64,000 nt of DNA from assembly GCA_010356995.1 (NCBI GenBank), contig ML996687.1, positions 931,803 through 995,802 of the forward strand, read 5' to 3'. Every line of letters starts with the position of its first letter. Position 1 is the first letter of the stretch. This document shows, piece by piece, positions 23,777-33,889 of the stretch. The notes under the pieces were generated by a model. It did not search any database. It had not been told where the DNA came from and was given only the letters and a program-made list of their open reading frames with translations. Both the position numbers and the translations under genes were made by a program. This stretch comes from Trichodelitschia bisporula. Its lineage: Eukaryota.

Positions 23777-24762
23777 ATGTGGGTGATACAATGGTATGCC
23801 TCACTGCCCCTCTTCACTATTGTATGCTCTAGTCGCGAATGAGAAGAGTGCTAACTGCTCTACTGCAGGTGTAAGAAACTTTCTCCGCCCACCTGCCCTT
23901 CTTGATTCGGCGCGTTGACCATGCTCTGCGCTTTAGTTTACGACGTGCTCGCCGGGTTGGGCTTCCTAAATAAGCATGCCAGTGCGCTATTCCAATACTA
24001 TTCTTATCACCTCTAGACTCACACATTGGCAGAGCTGCTCTTCCTCGGGCTCGATAATGCTGGAAAGACGACTCTCCTCCACATGCTCAAGAATGATCGC
24101 GTCGCGGTCATGCAGCCCACGCTGCACCCGACTTCGGAAGAACTGGCCATCGGCAACGTTAAGTTCACAACTTTCGACCTAGGCGGCCACGCGCAGGCAA
24201 GGCGGTTATGGCGTGACGTGAGTGGTGTTGTCGAAACTCAATCTACGTTTAGACTGACTGATAACGGCAGTACTTCCCCGAGGTGTCCGCCATCGGTATA
24301 TTCCCTATTCAATGCCACACCCATGGGTGCTGATATATAAAGTTTTCCTTGTAGATACTCGGGATCACGAGCGCTTCCCGGAAGCTAAGGCTGAGCTCGA
24401 CGCTCTGGTTCGTTTCCCCGCCATGAGCCCTTTCATGGCCAGCCAAGCTAACTCGAGGCAGCTATCGATGGAGGAACTGTCGAAGACCCCGTTCCTTGTT
24501 CTCGGCAACAAGATCGACCGTAGGGCAACCCTTTCGTTTTATCACCGCCATCAGGCCTAGCTCCTCGCGAATGTGCTAACCCGATCTAGATCCCGACGCC
24601 GTGTCGGAAGAGCATCTGCGCTCCATCATGGGTCTTCATCAAACCACGGGCAAGGGCAAGGTGCCGTTGGAGAACATTCGGCCCATTGAAGTCTTCATGT
24701 GCTCCGTCGTCATGAGGCAAGGGTATGGCGAAGGCTTCCGCTGGCTCAGCCAGTACGTGTAA
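23777..24762 (+). CDS. SAR1: COPII small GTPase Sar1 (7 predicted introns, includes a 2-nt exon)
   Basis: Spliced [46 protein letters not shown] and [24 protein letters not shown]. Confidence 0.95.
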
Positions 24763-25165
24763 ATTGATGACGGAGGGATGGAGTAATGTGCAGCTACCGG
24801 GCATTCGGAGTTTTGTTGTTCTTTCCTTGCTTCGATTTCTCTCCGAAGACATCTGGCGAATTACCGAGGGTTCCTTTGGGTCGTCGCACGGAGCATGTCG
24901 TTCATTCAAGGCGCGTAAATGTCATGTAGAATACAAGGGCATCACTGTTCGCTTAGCAGAAATGTTGTTGGATTGGTGCTTGGACCTGCGTTACTACAGA
25001 AGATAAATTTGATAAATGAAGCGGGCTGAAAAATCTTCTGCTAGTAATGATTGCTCCAATGTGTCTCCAATTCCAAGCTCGACTTCATACTCGAATCTCA
25101 GCTTTGCATGTTAAGTGGTCCGTGCATTAGTGAAGTCATTGATTCTTCCCGGTGCCGGCCTTGCC

Positions 25166-25172
25166 TGACTCA
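25166..25172. promoter_or_regulatory. TGACTCA, candidate Gcn4/CpcA site upstream of HTS1
   Basis: Perfect consensus about 125 bp before the first ATG. Confidence 0.55.
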
Positions 25173-25296
25173 ACTTCTCAAGTTCGTTAAGTAGAAAGTC
25201 TGTTTCCCCACCACAACCACCCCCACTTTCACCACCGCAACGCCTCAACCCTTCCTTTCACGATCCGCCCTCCTTTATCCCCGGAGGCTTCGCTGC

Positions 25297-27116
25297 ATGC
25301 GCGCTGTAACCTGTGCTTCCCGCGCTCGCATCCTCTCAGCCTCGCGCAGTTTAGTCACAAAGTTTCCACCGTCTCGCTTGTCGCATATACACCCCTTTGC
25401 CTACCCCGCTGCAAATCGAACCGTCTACACCGGGGCTCCAGACATGGGCAAAGAGAAGGGGGAGAAGCTGACCTTTCAGCTCAAGACTCCCAAGGGCACA
25501 AAGGACTGGGAGGGGCGGGACATGGTCATTCGCGACAAAATCTTTTCCACCATCACAGATGTGTTTAAGCGCCACGGAGCCGTCACCATAGACACGCCTG
25601 TCTTTGAGCTCAAGGAGATCCTCGCAGGCAAATATGGCGAAGACAGCAAGCTCATCTACGACTTGGCCGACCAGGGCGGTGAACTCTGCTCTCTCCGCTA
25701 TGACCTCACCGTTCCGTTCGCACGCTGGCTCGCCATGAACTCGTCGGTGCAGAGCATCAAGCGCTACCACATTGCCAAGGTATACCGGAGAGACCAGCCA
25801 GCCATGACCAAGGGCCGCATGCGCGAGTTCTATCAGTGTGACTTTGACATCGCCGGCGTTTACGACCCTATGCTGCCGGACGCCGAGATCCTTCGCATCA
25901 CATCTGAAATCTTCGAAGCCTTGGGGTGGCAGGGCCGGTACACGATCAAGATCAATCACCGTAAGATCCTCGATGGCATCTTTGAGGTGTGCGGTGTGCC
26001 CAAGGACAAGCTGCGCACCATCAGCAGCGCTGTCGACAAGCTGGACAAGTCACCGTGGGCTGAGGTTCGCCGGGAGATGACAGAGGAGAAAGGCCTTGAC
26101 GGCGATGTGGCAGACCGCATCGGGGAGTACGTCAATCTCAAGGGGAGCCGAGACCTCCTGGCCAAGCTCTCCGCGCATCCTACTCTCTCAGCCAACGCCG
26201 ATGCCAAAAAGGGTCTTGATGACATGAACCTCCTCTTCGACTATCTCGACATCTTCGAAGTCACTGACAAGGTATCCCTGGATATGAGCCTGGCTCGTGG
26301 TTTAGATTACTACACCGGTGTCATTTACGAAGTGGTAACAGAGGGTTCCGCACCGCCTGCTACTTCGGGCGCGCCCTCCCAGGAAGTTGCGCCCAAAAAA
26401 GGAAAGAAGAAACCAACAGCAAACGACCCGGACGAGGACCGGTCGTCCGATCCCACTGTCGGCGTCGGCAGCGTAGCAGCTGGCGGGCGATACGACGAGC
26501 TAGTCGGCATGTTCAGTGGCAAGCAGCAGATACCGTGTGTTGGCATCTCTTTCGGTGTCGACCGCATATTCAGCATCACCAAGGCGCGCATGGAGAAGGA
26601 AAAGGCTACGGCCCTCCGGCTGAACGAGGTCGACGTGTTCATCATGGCCTTTGGCGGGAAGGGCTTTGACGGTCTACTAAAGCAACGCATGGAGGTGGCA
26701 AAGGAGCTGTGGAATGCAGGTGTCAAGGCTGAGTTCTCGTGGAAAGTCAAGCCAAAGGTGCGCCCCTGGGCTTCTCTAGTGGTCATAAATTCTCCGCTGT
26801 AACCACTACTGACATTCATCTCTAGCTTCCGCAGCAGTTCAAGCAGGCCGAGCAGGGCGGCGTGCCCTTTGCTATCATCCTAGGAGAGGACGAGCTGGCG
26901 CAGGGTAAGCTCAAGATCAAACAGATGGGGCTTCCTGAGGGCCATCCCGAAAAGGACGGTGTCATGATCGAGAAGGTGAACTTGGTTCCCGAAGTAAAGG
27001 CTCGGCTGGCTGCCTTAGCTGAAGAAGCCGCCGTAGCGGATGGAGCTGCGAGAATAAAGATCCAGGATCGCGACGATGTGCCCAACGAGGCACCCGCAAT
27101 ACCTACCGTCTCGTAA
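25297..27116 (+). CDS. HTS1: Histidyl-tRNA synthetase (mitochondrial ATG 25297, cytosolic ATG 25444), 1 intron
   Basis: [53 protein letters not shown] and AAGGRYD. Confidence 0.97.
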
Positions 27117-27415
27117 AGTTAGCGAAGCTCATATACGGGAACACAAAAGTAAAAAGAGTCACAGATCCTGCTTTGTGCACAGTGTGTTACATAAAATTAG
27201 CTGTATTACCGAAGCCATGGTGGTATGAAAGCGTTGGGTAAACTGAGTAGCAATAGATGGAAAAGCCTGGGTATATTCTAATCCCGCCCCAACACCGACT
27301 GTTCCTTTCATTATAGCCTCCTCATTACGAAGACAACCAGTCCCCGTCCATTCGGCCGCCAAAAACTATCCCTACCACATTCATCATTCAGAGTCGATGG
27401 CTCGAAGGTCCCTCA

Positions 27416-29311
27416 TCATCCCAAAACTGCTCTACCCACAGCACCGGCGACCTCAGAAAAGAACACACCCTTGAGCACAGTCTCGCCCTCTTCAACAGCC
27501 CAAGCACCCGCGCGGCTCAGCTTCGCCTTCCATTTAGTACGCTGGTCATCGCTCAACTCCTCCCACGGCTTCGCCCCCTTCTTGCGCAGCGTTTCCGCAT
27601 CATCGGCATGCATCTCGGTGGAGAGCGTGTCGGCGCCCTGGCCGGCGCCGATGACGATGACCTCTTTTGCCTCGATGGGGGCTTCGTGGCCCTCGCCGCG
27701 TTGAGCGGCGTGACGTAGAAGCTCGCGAAGGCGCTTGACCGGCTGCCGAGGGGTAGGCCAGTTCGAAGGGTGTACCGCATCGACAGACGCCTTGCGTGCG
27801 CCACCGGCGAGAGGGCTGACCACCTCATTGACGCGGTGGCGGTAGGACGCCAGGGCGTCTTGCCAAGAGCTTGGAAGGTAGGACTGCGCGCCAGACGGCG
27901 ACGTAGCGGCGAGGTAAGACTGTAGCAGCAATAGACTGACGAGGAGAGCGAAGGCGGCAACGAAGAGGCTGGCGCCTGTGCGGATCAGGGATGACGCACG
28001 AGAAGACTTGCTGAGCACGTAGCGGGAGCCCTTCTTTCCGGGGTCCAGGAGACGAAGAGGAAGAGTGTCGAGGATCAAGGTATTGGAGAGTGAAATGCTC
28101 GCCAGCCGAAGGTACCGCTGACCCTTGGTGTGTGGTGGAAAGTAAAAGGGCGAAAGGACCACCTTCTTCATGGGCGCAGGGTGGGCGCCGCTGATTTCTG
28201 TATACAGATTGAATTTGGCGCTCTTCGTGTTGCCATCATAGTCAAGCGTGTAGACGAAGACGTCTTGGGCTTGAGCGGCAACAGCAATGACCATTTGACG
28301 TGCGCCGGTTATCGGGTCTGCGTCTAGGGGACAGACGTCAAGAGACACGGCAGCGCCAAGACGCTTTGGGAGAGACACGCAAGTGACCACATCGCCAGGG
28401 CCGCCCTCCTGGTATATGCGCAGGACTTGGAGCTCCGACTGGCCACCGTGGTTGACAAGGAGCAGAAGGTGGGTAGATGACAGGAAGCGAAGACAGCGGT
28501 ACTTGGAGCGGACTCGCTTCTCGGAAGCGTCTGGATGCGAGAGGGAATGCAGGCATACGGGCTCTCCAATGGGTGCCTTGGGCTTACGGGAGGTGAAGTC
28601 GTAGGAGATTGACGACAGATACACCTCGTGGGGCGTGCAAAAGGCGATCCGGAAGTCTTGCGGGGAAGGCTCGATGATGTCCAAGTCGTTTGCTTCAGCA
28701 TTGCGCAGGGGAAAGATGCGATGGATGACGTCCTTTGAGTCGGGGGTTGCCGCAGTCGCGTCAAACACGACAATTTCACTCTCCTTAGCAAGGCTGTTCG
28801 CGATGGCGCCCACCCTCTTGTTGGGCATCTCGCGGAGTTGCGACGGAGAGAGACGTAGCAAGCGCTGGAAGGCGTCACCGATAGACTGGGAATACGAGGG
28901 CGAGAAGAGTCTTATGCGACTAAGAGGCTCGATTTTGCCCGGCGATGATGGCTTCTCCGTCCCATTTGCGGCATGTCGCACGTAATCGACCTTGAAGGAG
29001 CGCAGGTGCTCGTTGTTGCCCTGCTCCCGGTCCGCTTTACGCGAATTGATACCGGCGAAGGCGAAGAGGCCATCTTTAGTCGCGAGCACACCCAGCGACG
29101 CGGGGGAGTCGTCCACTACATCCAACTCGGCGACCTTCTCGATGAGAGAAGGCGAGGATATATCGAGGAGCGTCAGGCGGTTTGGCACTTCCTTCTGTCC
29201 CTCACCACCACCGCCGCCAACAAGCAGATAGCCGCGATTGCAGGGATCGAAGTCGAGTGCCCAAGGAGGGTAGTCCAGTTTGAAGTGGCTGAAAGAGACG
29301 CGTGGTGCCAT
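27416..29311 (-). CDS. SEC12: Sec12/PREB-like Sar1 guanine-nucleotide exchange factor (beta-propeller plus one transmembrane segment)
   Basis: LDYPPWALDF..LLVGGGGGEGQKEVPNRLTLL (K-loop), GINS..NEHLRSF, FQRLLRLS, and a transmembrane segment LFVAAFALLVSLLLL. Confidence 0.8.
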   Translation of the reverse strand: MAPRVSFSHFKLDYPPWALDFDPCNRGYLLVGGGGGEGQKEVPNRLTLLDISSPSLIEKVAELDVVDDSPASLGVLATKDGLFAFAGINSRKADREQGNNEHLRSFKVDYVRHAANGTEKPSSPGKIEPLSRIRLFSPSYSQSIGDAFQRLLRLSPSQLREMPNKRVGAIANSLAKESEIVVFDATAATPDSKDVIHRIFPLRNAEANDLDIIEPSPQDFRIAFCTPHEVYLSSISYDFTSRKPKAPIGEPVCLHSLSHPDASEKRVRSKYRCLRFLSSTHLLLLVNHGGQSELQVLRIYQEGGPGDVVTCVSLPKRLGAAVSLDVCPLDADPITGARQMVIAVAAQAQDVFVYTLDYDGNTKSAKFNLYTEISGAHPAPMKKVVLSPFYFPPHTKGQRYLRLASISLSNTLILDTLPLRLLDPGKKGSRYVLSKSSRASSLIRTGASLFVAAFALLVSLLLLQSYLAATSPSGAQSYLPSSWQDALASYRHRVNEVVSPLAGGARKASVDAVHPSNWPTPRQPVKRLRELLRHAAQRGEGHEAPIEAKEVIVIGAGQGADTLSTEMHADDAETLRKKGAKPWEELSDDQRTKWKAKLSRAGAWAVEEGETVLKGVFFSEVAGAVGRAVLG

Positions 29312-29404
29312 TCCGGCGAGAACTTGGTGGGGTTCCGGGGAGTCGAGACGCGCTCTCAGAAGCGGAGGACGAAGAGGAAGACGCGAGACGGGAAGGGTAT
29401 GGAG

Positions 29405-29422
29405 GCTCTCTCTCTCTCTCTC
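29405..29422. repeat. (CT)n microsatellite in the SEC12 5' region
   Basis: ctctctctctctctctct seen directly. Confidence 0.85.
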
Positions 29423-31475
29423 TTTGATGCAGACGGTGGTTGAAGGTGATCAAGGTGGAGTACTCTCCAGGTAGGTGAGGAAAGCTGGAGATGGGAACGG
29501 CGGGGAGGTGAAGAGTTGGAGTGGAGATATAAAAGAAGGAAGATCTGTGGACAGAAGGTGGCCTCCTTGGCTCGGTGTTCTGTGACGTGACCACTCACCA
29601 CGGCCGCCTGTGACGACCGCGTGGGGTTTGCGTAGCTGGCTTACGAGTACACGTGACGTCAACACCTCGCAAACCATAGCTGTTCGCATCTCGTGACTCC
29701 CATTCCATATGGAGTGTCTGTACGTTGTTACACTTTGGTACTGCACCTCATGCTGTTCCACCAGAAGAATTGTGGGAACATTACATATTCCGTAGTACGG
29801 TTCGCTGTTCTGCGGGAGACTACGAGGCATAATGCGTAGATGCTCTGTGGATACGTACATCCGTACACTCCGCGGAAACAGTACCGCGCAAGTGACGCCT
29901 CACACTACTTCTCGCCTTTTGCGAAGGGAAAGAAAGCTTACAGAGCATCATGAGTTGAGAAGGCTATTACGGGTTCGGGGGAGGGAGAGCAACATGGGAG
30001 CAAAGGTGGAGGGAACCGTCGGTGGATGTGTGATGGCAATGGAACTTCGAACATTTGACCTGAGTGAACTCGTTAGTCGAAGAAGGCAAGATTGGATAAA
30101 TCAAGTTCATGTCTTTCATCCGTTGATGGATATTTGTGATATGTACGCATCGGTAAAGGTGGAGCTTGGAAAGGTTGACCTGATGGAACTCTTTGATAAA
30201 CTCACGTCTTCCACCCGTTGTTACCCGAATAAGTCAAGGGACAGAATCTCGACGGCCGGCCCGAGGCTTGCGGTGAAAGAATACGAGCGGATCCGGCCGA
30301 CGATTCTGCTCCCCATCCCCCCAGAAAAAGAGCCATCGGCTGTCGGCGTCTGACACCAATATGAGAGCTTCCTCGGCTATCCCTTCCCCATCTCGGTAGG
30401 AATGCGGGCCGTGGAAGGGGCAGAATCGAGGGGCGATACGGGAAGAGATAGGCCCCCAGAGATGGCAAAATGGCGGACATATGCCGCTCCCTGCGGAGTG
30501 CTCCGCATCTTTCTCTCTGTTCTTTTCCGCGGGACTGCGGTACAATATCATGCTTAGACAGGTGCAGTAAGAGATAATCACGTAAACAAATGCAAGGTAC
30601 TGTTGACAATTTTGCTTTGTTCGGCTGGTGAAGCGGGCGACGAAGCGGTTTGGGGAAAGTGGTGGCCGTTTTGATGCTTGGGGGAATGGGTTCACTGATC
30701 GGCGACCGAGTTGCATCATACATCGTACTTCGTCCCATCTCTTGCGCTTCACCTTCACCTTCACTGTCCTTTCCCTCTTTCTTCCTTATCTTTCCTCTCC
30801 TCAATCTTCTTCTACGTCCTCTCCTACTAAGTGAACATTGTAATTGTACTGTATCACCCACTCATCTACATCCGTACGGAGTTCTCTTTTGTCTCCTCAA
30901 CAAACGCCCCTCATCAAATTTCAGCTCGCCTCACCGCCCGCTCCGCCAAAAGCACCCTCACACGCCCACAATAATCCGTAATCAAGCTGCCTCGCCCGTA
31001 TTTCTCGCCGCGCCGGCTCCCGGCTCCAAGGCTCGTGGGTGGTCGGCGGCTCTTCCTCTTCTCCACCCCCATTTCCTCCTTGTATTCCCGCGCCCCCCCG
31101 CCTGCTGTTGTCGCCAACCAACCCACAGTGGCCAAGTTAGCGGTGCCGCGTGCGCCGAGACCGGTAAGTTGGCCTTTCCTGTTATCTGATGATCGAACTT
31201 TTTATCAGATGGCGCCACCTGCACCCCCGATGAAGTCAACTCTTTCCCCTCAGCCTCGAAATCCCCCCTCATTATTTGCCCATCTACTTGCTTGCTTAAG
31301 CAAAGCAGCAAAGAATAACTACTATTCCAATTATTAATTCACATTCGTTCACCATCTGCCTCACTATTAGACCTTCCCTCCTGTCCATCCGCCTTCTCTG
31401 TCGCTGACAATTCCCTTTGCTGGAGTATAGATCTCGCATCGTTCATCGCCCTTCTCCCCCCCAACCTCAACCGCA

Positions 31476-33428
31476 ATGGCAACATTGCAATTACGGCCCT
31501 TCATTCCCTCTGCGTCGGATCCTTCTGACCGGGTGCCACACGAACCTGTCAATGTCGCGCCTCTGCTCACTCGCACTCTCGAGCAAGACGTCGGTCCTTC
31601 GCCTAAGTCCTCGAGCGAGTCGCTGTACTCCGCCGACCAGTCACACAATTCCGACTCTCCTCCGCTCACACCTGCCACCGATGGCACAGCCGACGAAGCA
31701 TTATCACTGGAGATTTCCACTGCCCGCCAGCGTCGCGCGTCGACCACATTGATATCGCAGAATGGCGACACGATTCAACGTTTGCTGGGTGGCGGCGAGA
31801 CTGGCACACAACTCATTGAAAAATACTGCTGCGGCGGTGGCTGCTGTCTACGCAACGCGCAACGTCGTCAGTCTTCACTCACGCCCGGTTTTCACCCGGT
31901 TAAAGTGCCGGATAATCCCGCATTCCGCGCCCTGGAACTGAAGCTCACGCCCTTCTCGCTGGACACCGAGCTCAACACCCTTGCTCCTCTTCCCGACGTT
32001 ACTGTTTCTTTCGAGCCCCTGCCAAAGACGGCGCCGACCCACGTCTCACCAGTCCACGTCCACCCGCCTTCCTTCGTCCAACCCCATCCGCCCTACGAGG
32101 TCTTCTCCGCGCCCGTCCACTGCGCACGCGAGTTGACGAAACCGGGAGCCGAGAAGCGTACCATCCACTTCGACCTGGACGTCACCGACTATCCCGACGA
32201 AGGCGGCGTAGACTTCAAGGTAGGCGGAGCAATTGGCATCGTCCCGCCCAACGATACGAGTGTAGTTGACGATGTCTTCACCGTGCTGGGTGTTCCGACC
32301 TACGTCCGGGACAAGCCGGTCCTGCTTCGCACTACTGGCGGCCGCTGGCCCACCATCTGGGGAGATGACAAGGCCCGCGAACTGGTGACGACACGTCGAG
32401 AGCTGCTCACTTGGTGTTGCGACTTGCAAACCACGCCACCCACCAAGCCGTTGCTCCGCCTGCTCGCTGAGTACGCTACTGAGCCCAACGAGCGCAAGAT
32501 ACTTCTTTATCTCTGCGCTGCCGAAGGTCAAGCGTCATTCTGCGATCTGCGTACGGGACCGCACATCACCATCCCTCAACTTCTACATGCGTTTCCGAGT
32601 GCGAAACCTCCTCTGCATGCGCTGCTCTCCGTTACTACACAGCTCATGCCGCGCTTTTACTCCCTCTCCAACGATCCTCACATCTCATCCTCGCGCGATA
32701 CTGTCTCAGGGCGCCGTCTGATCGAGATGGCGGTGAGCGTTCATGAGACGCCGGATTGGCGCGGCGGCATGCGTACCGGCGTCGGTAGCGGATTCATGGA
32801 GCGTGTGGCAAAGGCTTTCATCTCGGGCAGCAAGTCGGGGGCCAATCCGGCGCCCGAGATCCGCGTGCCCATGTTCCGCGGCCTCATGGCGAACCCGCTC
32901 TCTCGCGAGTTTGTGAGCAGCGGTCCGATGATGCTGATTGGGGCTGGTGTGGGTATGGCACCATTTCGTGGTTTCATCCTAAACCGGGTAAAGAATGCAA
33001 ACTGCGCCAACAAGATATGGCTCGTACAGGGCGTGCGGGACTCGGAACTCGATGAGCTTTATCAGGGCGAGCTAGGCGACCATGAGAAGGACATCAAGCG
33101 CGTCGTTCAGTCCCGAAAGGGCAACCGTGCGCCTGATGAGGCCAAGTACGTGCAAGACGAGGTCCGCATGCAGGCCGATGTTGTGTGGTTTGTCGCCAAT
33201 GCTCTCGACGGCCGCATATTTGTGTGTGGTAGCAGTCGTGGGATGGGCGAGGGTGTTCACGAAGCCCTGGTCGACGTTGCCGTGCGCAAAGGGGGTCTGA
33301 ACCGCGAGCAGGCCGAGGAGTTCTGGCGCGGAAAGAAGAAGGGTGGACAGTACATCGCAGTAAGTCCATTCATATACTCATACCAAAATCCCGCTTGCTG
33401 ACCATCTCGCTTCCAGGAAACGTGGTGA
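31476..33428 (+). CDS. FAD/NADPH-binding oxidoreductase of the CPR/sulfite-reductase-flavoprotein/MTRR superfamily, without a recognisable flavodoxin domain; 1 coding intron
   Basis: PRFYSLS (RxYS), GVGSGF, MLIGAGVGMAPFRGF, KYVQD, IFVCG and terminal YIA|ETW-stop (conserved C-terminal Trp); intron 33360-33416. Confidence 0.85.
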
Positions 33429-33889
33429 GCGCTACAACCAAAAGCTTGTGCCATTTAGACTAGTCGCTTTTCCTTCGCCATGTCAGCAACTCCTGTGCAT
33501 ACCACTGCCGGCATGCGGATATTTCGCCTTGTTTTGTGCATTGATAGAGGCTTACTCATGCGCGGACTCGTGTTCGTCGTCTCGCGCGGATCTTCCTGTT
33601 TAATGGGTGTTGGGTTTTTTTCGGCTTTGTATACAAATAGACGCGTACGACATCGTCTGAGGGCAGAACGAAAGGCATGTGAAAGTGGGACTTCTTTTCG
33701 AGGCAAACTCGACCGGATCATAGGGGAAATATATGAGGCGTACTGGAGTTCTCCTTCGGGTCGGATTTCTGCAGTTAACTCTGTCCGGCGAGTAGAGCTT
33801 CTTGCACCAAGTGTTGATCGGCCTCCCAGTGCATGAACCAGTTGCATCTAGTCTAATCATGGGGATACACAGAGTAGGCAAATGGGAGA

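Noticed and set aside
29832..30861. 173-219 aa ORFs in the SEC12/reductase intergenic region
   Set aside because: Mostly non-ATG or low-complexity, overlapping on both strands, no recognisable domain; treated as promoter or leader sequence.
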